A stretch of 63,996 nucleotides of DNA, counting the filler, from Basidioascus undulatus (lineage: Eukaryota), in NCBI GenBank assembly GCA_000826855.1. It is 4 parts of 4 records of this genome, joined end to end, with 100 filler letters (N's around TTAATTAATTAA, not from the genome) between each part and the next. Parts side by side here need not be neighbours in the genome. Positions count along the whole stretch, not along the records: positions 49,207 to 63,996 come from JTLS01000696.1; 3 more parts are not named here. One strand, written 5' to 3'. Both the position numbers and the translations under genes were made by a program. Positions 52,400 to 63,996 of the stretch are shown one piece after another. Below the pieces are notes generated by a model. It searched no databases. It was not told the DNA's origin and worked only from the letters and a program-made list of their open reading frames with translations. Numbering within the stretch: position 1 is the first letter of the stretch; each line of letters starts with the position of its first letter.

Positions 52400-53281
52400 T
52401 CACTTGCGCTTCTTGTTCGCTTTTTTGGCAGAGCCCTGCGAATGCCAACCGACGCAAGGCAGCGTGAGTCGAGCTGTACGAGTCGGAGAGAAGAGAGGAG
52501 AAGGGCAGGTCGACAGGCAGGGAGGTGAGACGAACCTTGGAGATTGATGAGGGAGGCGAGCCTGGCGGCGTCGAGACGGAGGGGAAGGTTTCGGAGGAGG
52601 GCTCGGCGGCGGAGAGGGTGGAGTTGGAGGCGGAGTGGCTGGTGAATGAGGGCGCATCTGGGAGGGCGTGGTTGGAGGGAGAGAACGGGAGCTTGACGGC
52701 TGTGGGGGAGGTGGATAAGAACCTTTGTGGAAGCAGACCGGAGAAATGAGAAGCTCACCCTCCTCCTCCCGGACAGTCGCGATCCCGTGATACACCTCCT
52801 TTAGCTTGTCATGCTGCGCGATCTCGCTAGCCGTTTGGAAGATAGCCTGACCCCAGCCCTCCCTGAACGTGTTCGCCTCGCTGACGACCTCAATGATCTC
52901 CGCCTCGAGCTCCTTCTCCGCCTGCTGGAGCTGCACAAGCAAGTCGTCCCCGACCTGGCCCTTCTGGATGAGTATGCCAAGCGCGGCCTTGTCGTCGCGC
53001 ATGCGCCAGATGCGCTTGACGTCCGTGACCGCGCGGCGGAGGAGCGCGGCCTTGAGGAGGAGGTCGTCCGCGGGGGGCGCGTCCTGCTGCAGGAGGGTGA
53101 TGTAGATGCTGCGCTCGAGGTGGGGCGGGAACCAGGGGGAGGAGAGGAGAAGGGACTGCGCGGAGGAGGCGGTGCGGCGGCGGTAGATGCGGGAGAAGAC
53201 GACGAGCGGGATGAGGAGGAGCGCGAGGTACGCGAAGGGGATGAGCACTTGGAGGGTCGGTCGCGTGAAGGTGATCGCCAT
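52400..53281 (-). CDS. SEC66: Sec66/Sec71 subunit of the Sec62/63 translocon complex
   Basis: TM segment then FSRIYRRR, PWFPPHLERSIY, LLKAALLRRA, QKGQVGDDL, ELEAEIIEVVSEANTFREGWGQAIFQTASE; ends KKANKKRK*. Confidence 0.9.
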   Translation of the reverse strand: MAITFTRPTLQVLIPFAYLALLLIPLVVFSRIYRRRTASSAQSLLLSSPWFPPHLERSIYITLLQQDAPPADDLLLKAALLRRAVTDVKRIWRMRDDKAALGILIQKGQVGDDLLVQLQQAEKELEAEIIEVVSEANTFREGWGQAIFQTASEIAQHDKLKEVYHGIATVREEEGELLISPVCFHKGSYPPPPQPSSSRSLPPTTPSQMRPHSPATPPPTPPSPPPSPPPKPSPPSRRRQARLPHQSPRFVSPPCLSTCPSPLFSPTRTARLTLPCVGWHSQGSAKKANKKRK

Positions 53282-53754
53282 GGTGAGTGGGTGGTGGGGG
53301 GGCCGCGGCCGGGGGAGAGGTGGTTGGGGAAGGTGGTGGTGGTTGGGAGGAGAGAGAGGGATAAAGAGAAAGAGAGAAAGACCTTGCGCTCTGAGGCGAG
53401 TCGGACGAGAAACGGAGGACGGAAGACACCAAGACGCGAGCGAGCAACAGCCAACACGTCGTCGGCATCTTGCCAGCAATATTAGCTTATGTAACCCAGA
53501 CATGTGTGCTTCTTCCTGATCCGGGGATACTCAAGGAAGACGGACGGAAGACGGAAGGATCGTAAGCGTGGGAATCAGTATCCCTCCGCTCCGGTTCGTG
53601 CTGCCGGAAGCCGGAGTGCAATCGGCAGCATGACCAGCGCAGCGGGCCTGCGGTCCTGCTCCTCCCGCTGCTGGCGCCTTAGCCTCATACACACCCATAC
53701 AAACCACCGCATTTCTCCGAAGAGAAGACGCACAGACGTGGAGCGCGGACAGAG

Positions 53755-53762
53755 TATATAAC
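53755..53762 (+). promoter_or_regulatory. Candidate TATA box in the divergent SEC66 / methylcitrate synthase promoter
   Basis: TATATAAC about 130 nt upstream of the ATG at 53887, followed by a CT-rich tract. Confidence 0.4.
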
Positions 53763-53886
53763 CTGGAAGCCTCCACTAGACACACTCTATCTCCCCTCTT
53801 CCACTGCACGCAGTCTACCGTTTCCCCTTTCACCACATCCCCCATCTCCTCCTCCCTGCGGACAACCGAGAGCACATACACCACCC

Positions 53887-56232
53887 ATGTTCCACGTCCA
53901 GAAGGCCTCCGCGCGCCTCGCTAAGCAGGCTGCGTCCCGCTCCGCTTCCCAGATCCGCTATGCCTCGACCAAGGTGTGTTCCCTCCTGCCTTCCATGAGA
54001 GCGAGACGCCCGACAGACTGGATTCCCCTGCGATCCCTCCAGACCCTCAAGGAAACCGTCGCAGCTCTCATCCCTGAGAAGCGCGAGCTCGCAAAGAAGA
54101 TCGTGCGTCCTATTTCTATACTGCATCGGAGGAGACTGCGGCTCATGCTGGGCATGTGCGTGTGGGTGTAGCGCGCCGAGCACGGCGACAAGTCCCTCGG
54201 GGACGTGAAGGTCGAGCAGGTCTTTGGTGGTATGCGGGGGATCAAGGCGATGCTGTGGGAGGGTTCCGTGCTGGACCCCAACGAGGTGTGTCCCCTTCCC
54301 TCTCTGGCCTCCCTCCCCGCCAACCTCCTTCCGTCTTCCACTTTCCCTGATGGCCTAAACCCGCCTCCGACAGGGAATCCGCTTCCACGGCCTCTCCATT
54401 CCCGACGCGCAAAAGGTCCTCCCCACTGCCGCGGACGGGAAGGAGATCCTACCCGAGTCGATGCTCTGGCTTATCCTCACGGGGCAAGTGCCCTCCGAGG
54501 CGCAGGTCCGCGCCCTCAGCCGCGAGCTCGCGGACAAGGCGGAGCTCCCCCAGTGGCTCGAGAAGATCATCGACTCGTACGTTTCCTCTTCCCCCTCTTC
54601 TCCTTCCCCTCTATGCTTTGAGCAGTTTTGGGATGACCGTCGGTTGTTTGCTGACTGCGCACACGGGAAATGCAACAGCTTCCCCACCACCCTCCACCCT
54701 ATGACCCAGCTCTCCGCGGCCGTCGCGTCCCTCAACCACGAGAGCAAGTTCCAAAAGGCGTACGAGAAGGGCATCAAGAAGACCGAGTACTGGGACCCCG
54801 TCTTCGAGTGCGTCCTGACCCTGCTCCTTCCTCCCCCTCTACCCACTTTCCCTGTGCCCTCGTGCTAAATGAAGGGGTGGGACTTTCCAGCGACTCCATC
54901 GACCTCATAGCCAAGCTGCCCGGCATCTCTGCCCGCATCTTCCAGAACGTGTACCGGAACGGCGAGCGTCTGGGCGGGATCAGCAAGGAGCTTGACCTGA
55001 TCGGTGCGCTTTACTTTTCTCCCCTTGCTCCTTGCTCCCTCCCTTGCTCCTTTGAAGTTTGGTACTGACGGGGAAGGAGGAGGAAATCAGGCAACTACGC
55101 CAACCTCATTGGGTACGGCAAGGACAAGGACCTCGTCGAGTATCTCCGGCTGTGTACGTTCCGGCGCTTTCACTTCGCTGCGAGGGCTTTCACGTTTCGC
55201 TAACGAATACCTCGGACACAGACATCGCCCTCCACGGCGACCACGAGGGCGGCAACGTCTCTGCGCACGCCACTCGTCAGTCCTCTTCTGTTTCAGCTGC
55301 ACTGCCAGTATAAATTCCGGGACTGAGGCCTGTGGACAACACCAGACCTCGTCGGCTCTGCACTTTCCGACCCTTACCTCGCCTACTCCGCCGGCATCGC
55401 CGGTCTCGCTGGCCCTCTTCATGGGTTTGTCTTCGTCTCCCTCCTCCCCACCCCATTCTCCCCACCTTCCTCCGTTACCAAAAACGGTCCTAACCCGCCC
55501 CCTCACTGCAGTCTCGCGAACCAAGAAGTGCTCCGCTGGATCCTCGCGATGCAGAGCAAGATCGGCTCCAAGGTATCGCACGCGGACATCGAGAACTACC
55601 TCTGGGAGACACTCAAGAGCGGGCAGGTCGTGCCCGGGTACGGCCACGGCGTGCTGCGCCAGCCCGACCCGCGCTTCATCGCGCTCCAGAAGTTCACGGA
55701 GACGCGGCCGCACTTGCGAGAGGACCCGATTATCGACCTTGTTGTCAAGGTGCGCTCTCTCCCTGGTTGAGTGGCTGTGTGGTTGTGTGGATGCATGCTG
55801 AGGCCCAACCGAACACAGACCTCCGAGGTCGCGCCCAACGTCCTGAAGGAGCACGGGAAGACCAAGAACCCCTAGTGCGTCCGCTGTCTTCTCTTTCATC
55901 AACCGCTCTCAGATTGAAGATTCTCAATTCCTCCCAAACAGCCCCAACGTTGACGCCACCTCCGGCTGCCTGCTGTACCACTACGGGATGGACCAGTTCA
56001 AGTGTCCGTCTTCCCTCCTCCCTTCCCCATTCCCCTCCCCCATCCCTCCATCTTCCTCCCTTCCCACCCTTGTGACACCCCCCTGAGAACAGACTACACC
56101 GTCGTCTTCGCCATCTCGCGCGCGCTCGGCGCGCTCCCGCAGCTCGTTTGGTCGCGCGCGCTCGGCCTGCCCATCGAACGCCCCAAGTCGCTGTCGATGG
56201 CGGCGATCCAGGAGCTGGTGGGCGGGAAGTAA
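53887..56232 (+). CDS. Mitochondrial citrate synthase family enzyme, 2-methylcitrate synthase-like
   Basis: Presequence [71 protein letters not shown]; stop TAA at 56230-56232. Confidence 0.93.
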
Positions 56233-57092
56233 GAAGTGAACGAGAGGTGGATGGGAAGGGTAGAGAGTATAGAGATAATGGGGGAGTGATTTGAATTGAG
56301 AAAGAAGCATTGCAATAGCATTGAATTGACACCACTTTGAAGCGAATTTATACGACTTACCTGTGTTATTGCCTCTTCGGTTGCTGTAACCTTCCACGTC
56401 TGCTTTCTGACGACTTCAGAGAAAAATCCGGAAGATTGAACACAGAGGATCAGGAGACTCGAAGCGAGGGAAGTTGTGAGGATGGGACACTGCGGCACGC
56501 ATGCGTATGGCTGATGGGCGCACAATCGGATGGACTGGGCAGTATGTAGACTTTCCAAAGGGTGGAGCTATTTTCATTAAAGGCAGGTCGTGTTCGACTC
56601 CCGAAAAAGAGCACGTACTACTGTGAACCTCATGGTCGAAGCGTACTAATCACTGCTGCGTTACCGGTCGCAGACAAGCGTCGCCCATGTTTGAACATCC
56701 TCCTTTTTCCCCGGCTGTTGTTGTATTTGACGTATCATGTAGGATTTTAGTAAAGCTGGACTTAAGAGTCCTCTTCAAGAAGCATAGTGCTCAGAGGCTC
56801 CTTGTTATGACGGCCCGAGTTTGTGCCGACGCTGCGTCTTCTGAGCTGCCATTGCCAAGTCGCCAGACCAGCAGTGGAGGAGGTCTGCCCACTTGATGGA
56901 AATAGCACATGCATATCGAGAATCTCCTCGACAATGTCGTCGATCTGCATCGCACCATCTACAAGCATCCGAACCGCTGTAGCCGGCCTTGGATGGTGCT
57001 CGCGGGCAGTTTAAATGAATGACCTGGTTACGTGAGGAGGCCTCTGTATTTGCTCCCAACTTGCCTCTAAAAAGCAATTTCTTCCAGAAAGT

Positions 57093-60000
57093 ATGTTCTT
57101 CCGGAAGACACCGGCATCCCCCCTCCTGCTCTTTGCGGGCTACGCGCTGGCTGTTCCGCCGGTGGTCAACGAGACTGCCACAGCGTACTTGGTGTCGAAC
57201 GAGCGTCTTTCGTTTGAGTACGTACACTCATTCGATACAGCAGCCTAACAGAGGTTTTTTAGGTTTCAGAAGAGTACCGGGCACATCAGCAACCTCATCT
57301 ACGGCGGCGTTAATGTGCTGGGCCCACCTGCACGCACATTGGGTCTTCTGTATTCGGATCAGTCTGTGGCCTTGATTTTGATAAGTACAAGGCTCATCCT
57401 TTCACCCCACTCTACATTGCAATTGCGTCCCTAGCTTTTCGATCGGATCTTCATCTTCAAACAACACGATCGTCACGGGCGAGCATTGGATTGGATTGAT
57501 TACCAGGGACACCTATCCCCAAACCGGACAATAGTACGCCTGTGAAAATGTGTTTCCCCTCAATGGGGACTTTCGGGCCTGACCATTGTTACATCACGTA
57601 GCTTCGAGCGTTCTTGGCTCCTTCGCTCCGGTGAACCGGGCCTGCACTCGTTCGTACGGCACGCGTACAACAACGCCAGCGTCCCGCTCTTGCGTGGACT
57701 GGCGAGCTCCGCACTCTCTTCCGTCCCAGCAACAGTTTCTGCACGCACTACGTCACAAACTAGCAGCAATGGTAAGGTTTGTGTCGTGGTTACCTGCGGG
57801 ATAAATTTGCTTGCTGACTGTCGCTTGAGGTGCTTTTGTTAGACTTTGCAGGCCCCTGCCCCTTGGACGGACACTGTCGCCAACCAGGCCGATTGCAGGA
57901 CACGTAAGGCTGGCTCGGTTTAATGACCTGCAGAACCTTACTCCATTTCGCATCTGCAAGGACGTGGTACATTGGAAATTCAACGGACGACCCTAACGTT
58001 CTGTCACAGTCAGACTACTTCACGAAGGTGAGCGTCATTAGCCCGTCAGCGAAGAAGTGACTCCACAAGTGAGTGAGAAACCTGACGGGAATCACTGCTT
58101 GCAGCACTCGCTGGCGGACTTCTACACCAGCAAGGCTCACGGCCTCTACTCTAACGGACGCAACTCATCTGAACCTTTGGGCGTATGGTGGCCAACACGC
58201 GTGATACGTACTACGGAGGTCCTGTGAGTCGCCCGGCTTCTGGCTTCATGTTGATGCGCTGACTTGCTCACCTGCCATATTTCCCTTCAGACACACAACG
58301 ACTTGATGGTTGACGGTATCACGTATAACTACATGGTGTCGAACCATCACGGTGCACCGTGAGTACCTTCGTTCGTGAGCAATCACAACTCACAATCGGC
58401 CGCAGGACCCCCAACATCACCGACGGATTTGACCGTACTTTCGGATCTCAGGGTAAGACGTCCATTGCAAGATATCCGTTCCGATAGTTTTTGTGACGTT
58501 CTCGGCTTGTTCCTCTGGCAGCTTATCTACAACAAAGGCGGCGGCCTTCAAGATCTGCTTGCCGACGCCGAGCAGTATGCCGATCCTTTCTGGTCTGCAG
58601 ACTTCTACGACGAGATTTCTCTAGACGTAGGTCCAAGACTGTTCCAAGTGCTGATTATTGCCTCTTATTTTGCCCTAGGTTCCTGGATACGCCCCGATTT
58701 CGGCTCGCGGGTCGTTTGCCGCGTCTGTCGTCCTCCCCGAGGGAGCTGTAAACCCGATCACTATCCTCTCGGTAAGTTTATCAGACAGGCGAGGTAAGCC
58801 CCGTAACTTGCAGTAGAACTGACTCTGTTTGTACAGGAAGACGGGTCGACTACCAAGACAACGGGCTTAGCCCGGAAAGTGCACAGTACTGGGCCGACGT
58901 GGTAGATGGGCAGGTCTCCATTGGGCGTGTCAAAGCCGGCATGTACCGGCTGACGATATACGCAGAAGGGAGACGTATGGGGTAATTTTAACCCCTCTCA
59001 TCTGCAGCTGACACCTTGAGCGAAGGCATATTTGGGCAGTATGTCGAAGACGGCATTGAGATCGAAGCAGGATCGGAGACCACCGCTTCCGTCGAGTGGA
59101 TTGCTCAGTCTGCGGGTGCGAACCCCGTATCTAAGCCCTTTCACAATTATTATTCCTGCCTATAACTTCCCAAATAGGAACCGGAACCTGGCGGTTGGGC
59201 ACTCCTGATAAGAGCGCTGGTACGCAGTCATCTTCGTTGAGGTGCTGTCGCGCTGTCGCCCTCGTACTGAGCGCACCTAACGGCGAGTTCCGAATCGGCT
59301 ACGAGCTGGACTACTCGAAGACTCTGCCGTCTCAGAGTATGTGGATGTACGGTTCCTAGTCATTCAACTTCGACTCACCGAGCTTGCAGAATACCGCAAC
59401 TACTGGGGCGCATGGGACTGGCCGACGCAGTTTCCTGACAGCATCAACTTCACTATCGGCCAGGGCGACGAGGGTGTGGACTGGGTAAATATTATGCTTC
59501 AGCAAGGCTTACAGCTAGACTTAAGCTGAACTCGGGTCCGGACCTCGCCAGAACTACGTCCACTGGTCGTACTTCGACTCGACGTTCACCCGCGAAGCAC
59601 CCGTGCTCGGTCAATGCCTTCCATCTGCTCTGTTCACGCAAATAGGTGATGCCTTCATCGGAACTAGGAGTCAACAACTGGACACTGAACTTCGAGCTGG
59701 ATGGCACAACGATCGACCCTGACAACAGCACAGCTACACTCACCATCCAGCTTGCCGGGGCACGCTCGGCGTCTGGCAACACCGACAAGCTCAATGGGGA
59801 CTGGTCCACTCAGCGTAGGCACTCAACTTGCAAAATTCTACGCATTATCTGAGCTGATAAGCACATGCCTCAAAGTTTTCGACATACGTAAATGACGAAG
59901 CGGAACTTCTGGTTTCGGACGTCTGGCATCACGAGAGCAGCAGTTGCGCCACGCGGTCTGGTAGGCCTTTCACCCCTGACTCCGCAGATTGCATAAGACC

Positions 60001-60317
60001 TGATGAAATTATCCCTCCCGTCCAGGGATCACCTGCCACACGCTTTCTAGGAAGTTCTCGTTCCCTGAGAGCTGGCTTGCTCCAGGGTGGAACCGCCTCA
60101 CCGTGAGTGCAACGCAGGCATCTAGAACACTGATCTGACCCACTTCAGCCTTACCTTCCGTAGCTGAGCCTCCCGGACCAAGCTGGGGGAGGAGACGCAA
60201 ACCTTCCGACGCCCGTTCTAAGTCGGCTTGAACCTGATGGTGTACTCTTGAACTGAGCCTTGAGTCTGTTCCCCGCAGTATGTGCAATACGACGCGCTCA
60301 GGCTGGAGATTGGTTGA
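57093..60317 (+). pseudogene. Rhamnogalacturonan lyase (polysaccharide lyase family 4) pseudogene
   Basis: Signal peptide, LRSGEPGLHSF, GELRTLFRP, SDYFTK, YYGGPTHNDLMVDGITYNYMVSNHHGAPTPNITDGFDRTFG, YRLTIYAEG, LGTPDKS, YVQYDALRLEIG*. Lesions: frameshifts near 57700 and 58187, in-frame TAG at 57761-57763. Confidence 0.88.
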
Positions 60318-60689
60318 GCGCTTAGACCCAGTACATCACTTGTCAAGCTGTTCGGTACCTGAACGAGTTTCTTTTCATTCAATGCAGCGTGCCACAGAAA
60401 CAGTTGTAGATGTGTGAGGAAGCGAGTGGAGTTGGTCACCGTAACCCTTTTCGGAAACGAGTGCGCATTAGTAAGCGGTTGCGGTACTTGCAGTTTAGTT
60501 GGGCGGCGGTATGCAGACGTTGAAGAAAACAATAAAACCAAAACAACAGCGACCAAGCAGGTGCACTTACGTAAGCCATGACCCTAGCAATCTATCGCGG
60601 GCCAAGTCGCGTCGCGCTCGACGCGCTCTTTCCTCCGTTCGGCTTGGTTCAGCTTTTTTCCACCCTACACGACGCGTTCACCCGGCCTC

Positions 60690-62020
60690 ATGGCTCGATC
60701 TGCACCTTTTAACTCTCAGGCCCAGGGATCTCAAGCCCGCCGCCAAAAGAAGGGCGAAGCTGTGCGCGGTCATGTAGGCGCAAACGGCAGGCGGCGAGGC
60801 AACGAGGACAGCGACGAGGACGAGGACGAGGACGAGGATATGGAGGATGGGGCCGAGGCTGGCCGAGGCGGGGGGAACTGCGGCAAGGAGCTCGAGCGAG
60901 ATGTGAGTCTGGTCATAGCGATGAAAGAGGATTGGGTAAGGTTGATGGGGGGGCGAGGACCTCAGGAGCTTAACCGCTTGACGGCGTCCCTCGTCCGGCT
61001 GGCGCTGTTTACGGAGTACAAGCGGCACGCGCTTCGACGCGACGATATCAACAAGAAAGGTATGCGCGCGTGCCGATACTTTCATGGAATTGCTGATCAC
61101 CAACATGCCTGCGCGCCAGTACTCGCCGGCCGAACGCGCGCGTTTAACCAGGTCCTGGCGTCCGCACAGAAGCACCTCTCGCGCACATTCGGCATGGAGC
61201 TCATCGAGCTTCGGACGAAGGGCAGTGCTGGCGGGGCGAAGAAGGGCGCGCGCAAGCGGAAGGCTGCCGAGGGCGGCGAGGAGGAGGAGGAGGGCAAGAA
61301 GGGTGGTGGTGCGTCTCGTTTCACTGCTGGTGGCTGCTGAGGCGTGGCTAAGGCGATGCGGTGCGGGCGGAGCAGGTGGAAGCCGATCCTACATCCTGCG
61401 CTCCGTCATCGATCCAGACGTCCAGGCTCGCGCTGCGGAGCTCGAGATCATCGAGAGCGACGACGACGCCGAGGACGACGACGCCGACTTATCGCGATCG
61501 AGGAAGGGTTTGATCAACTGGGCGAAGGGCGACGGGCGAGAGCTGTTGGGCATACTCCATACCGTCCTTGGTCTCATCCTCGTCTCTGGACGGGTGCTGT
61601 CCGACGGTAATTCTCCAAACGTCCCGAAACTACTCTGGTACCCGCCTTGCTCACTCTTCCCGGCTTGTCGCAGACGCTCTCTTTTCCTACTTGAAGAAGC
61701 TCTCCCTCCTCCCATCCACCCCCCTCCTAATACCGGGCGCCATCCCGCACCGCCCCACGCTCGAGTCGCAGCTGTCGACGCTCGTCCGGTGCGGCTACCT
61801 CGAGAAGCACAAGTCGACCAACCCGGCCAGCACGGCGCAGTTCGAGTACCGCTGGGGCCCGCGCGCGGAGCGCGAGATCGGCGAGGGGCAGGTCGCGGGC
61901 TTCGTCGCGGACGTGTACCTCGCGCGGGAGGAGATGAGCGGGCGTGCCAAGAAGGAGCGGGAGGCTAAGATCATGAACGATATCGGGAGGGCAGCTGGGG
62001 GGGACTTTGTAGAGGCTTGA
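60690..62020 (+). CDS. NSE3: Nse3 / MAGE-domain subunit of the Smc5/6 complex
   Basis: LVRLALFTEYKRHALRRDDINKKV, LSRTFGMELIEL, SYILRS, GILHTVLGLILVSG, GYLEK, FEYRWGPRAEREIGE. Confidence 0.9.
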
Positions 62021-62532
62021 TGTACGGGGTTTCTTGAGCTTTTCGTTTACCGGGCTTGTCTTGGAGCTGGGGCAATGGCGAGCCGCCAATGCACGCAGTC
62101 CGCCCTGCGTCGCTCGCTCGCTGGATCAGGTTAGGTTTAAGCACTTTGAGGGCATAGAGAAAATGCTACAAACTGAGGACGTGGTAGTAGGCAAGCCGAG
62201 GTCTTATTTGGCGACGTCGATTGCATGCCATGAACGCCACTGAGACAAGAAACTCCCGCGGTCCTTGGCTGCGCTTGGAAGATGTCAGCCTGCTGCTGCC
62301 ATTTCCACTTCCGACACACAACCCTCACAGAAATACACTCCTTTCAGACACCCTTTCCTTATCAAACACTCTCATCTTTCTCTCTTCGACAGCTCATTTC
62401 AGCCGGAAAGGATCGAGTGAACCACTAGGCCAGGGGAGTTGCGAGCGAGTGAGTGGCTGCGATCGTCGATCTCCTTCCGCCTGCTCAAGCGCCGTGTCTT
62501 TCGCTGTGTCGTCTCCGGCGCATCAGTCGACG

Positions 62533-63996
62533 ATGGCGGACGATATCGAGCGAGCACCATTATCCGAACCCTTCTCTTCGCTGTCTCCGTCCACGGCACC
62601 GTCATCCAACACGCGCCACGCCTCGTCCCTCCCCTCAGACGACAAGCCCCCCCTCTCGCCCACACCTTCCTCTGCGCCTCCCCCCTCCCACTCCACGGAC
62701 ACTCCATTACACCCCTCCATACCCGCTCCGATCCGCACCCTCCTCTCCCGCCCGCCCCTCGCACGCATCATCTCCTTCCTGCGCGGGGCCGTACCCCCCG
62801 AGCGTCTTCCTGGACCAGAGGGCGTCTACTGGCCCGCACGGTACCTCGGGTGGATCGACAGGGTCGAGAATACCGTCTGCCGATGGACGAGGCCGTGTAG
62901 ACATCCGGCTTTGATGTTGGTGTTCTGGACGGGCTGGATAATCGGGGTGGCATTGTGAGTCGACCGTTCCTTGCTCTGGGCTTCGGTCGGGAGATGGCCG
63001 GGACAAGGACCTGACAAGCTTTTGGCAGCCTGGCGAAAGCGAGCTGGTGGGATGCGTCAACCTCCCTAGGCGATCCAACCCTCACTACCTGCATTGCCTC
63101 ATTCTGGCAACGAAACGGTGCAGTGCACCTTGTCCTCTCCTCCTCACCTTCTTCCCCTCACCTTTCCTCCCGCACTCTCACCCTCAGACGGCTGCGGCCT
63201 AAACGGCACCTCCTGCGGGCCCTTCTCCTCTTCGGACCCCTACGTCTTCCGCTGCCCCGCCTCGTGCGCGGCCACGTCGCTCTCGAACCAGCGCCCCGTC
63301 GGCCCTCTCGAGGTCAACTCCGTGCCGCTCCTCGTCGGCGGCGGGGAGGACGGCAAGGGCGTGTACAGGGCCGACAGCTGGATCTGCCCGAGCTTCGTCC
63401 ATGCGGGCGGGATGAGTGATCGGTGGGGCGGGTGCGGGAGCTTGAGGCTTGTGGGGGAGCATACGAAGTACGTCTTCCTTTCCTCCTCTCGCCACACTTT
63501 CTCCGAATTGACTGTTCCTCTTTTGTGATCACTTGGACTCGCACAGTTATACTTCATCCACCCTGAACGGCTTCACCTCGTACCCCTTCCCGTCCGCCTT
63601 CCCCTCCTCCTACGTCTTCGACATGGACACGTCTTCCTTCCGTTGCGCCGACCTCCGCTGGCCCACCCTGGGGTTCAACATCGCGATGAGCGTCATCGCC
63701 GCAGTCGTGTTCCGTCCTGGACCACTCGTGTTCTTTTGGACGCTGATTTGTCTGGGGTGAGTGGGCTTTGTGGAGGCAGGAAGGAAAGGATATGGGTGGC
63801 TGAATGAGGGTAACAGGTTCTGGCACGTAACTCTCGCTTCGGAACCGCGTGATATTCCGCGTGCGTCTCTACATTTCCTTCCATTCCTTTTTTCCCTGCT
63901 GAGACTCTCCTCCCACTTCTGCAGCGCCCCTCGAAGAAGCGTCCGTTTTCCTCCCCCGCCCCCGCTCCAACTTTTTTCTACTTGAAGATATCGGTA
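62533..63996 (+). CDS. Fungal LCCL-domain membrane protein, 3' truncated at window edge
   Basis: TM segment then GCGLNGTSCGPF, FRCPASC, PLLVGGG, YRADSWICPSFVHAG...GGCG, FPSAFPSSY, CADLRW, then further TM segments. Confidence 0.88.

Noticed and set aside
143..63985. Numerous long overlapping antisense or alternate-frame ORFs
   Set aside because: Expected shadows of high-GC3 coding exons; no independent evidence.
1..63996. CRISPR arrays, rRNA, intact transposons
   Set aside because: No repeat-spacer array, rRNA signature, or transposase/RT motif seen.

Overview
Intron-rich, GC-rich fungal (basidiomycete-like) genomic DNA. It is not one locus: four contigs are joined by three artificial 100-nt spacers (N44-TTAATTAATTAA-N44), so adjacency across the spacers means nothing. 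Contig 1 (1-16314): fungal phytochrome, hemerythrin/HHE protein, F-box-like pseudogene, secreted expansin-like DPBB protein. Contig 2 (16415-32727): partial Cdt2/DTL, a decayed Uma2-like PD-(D/E)xK nuclease, tRNA-Glu, an alpha/beta-hydrolase divergent from an MFS sugar porter, and a microsomal-type epoxide hydrolase. Contig 3 (32828-49106): an out-of-frame Sec39-like/Tag1-like junction, tRNA-Glu, deoxyhypusine synthase, Vip1/Asp1, a P450, tRNA-Glu and an intradiol dioxygenase. Contig 4 (49207-end): Sec66, 2-methylcitrate synthase, a PL4 rhamnogalacturonan lyase pseudogene, Nse3/MAGE and a partial LCCL-domain protein. I found no clearly new biological system. The best leads are the many decayed accessory genes, the chimeric junction, small putative detoxification gene pairs and microexon/GC-AG splicing. 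Gene models were spliced by eye and family calls come from recalled motifs, not database searches.
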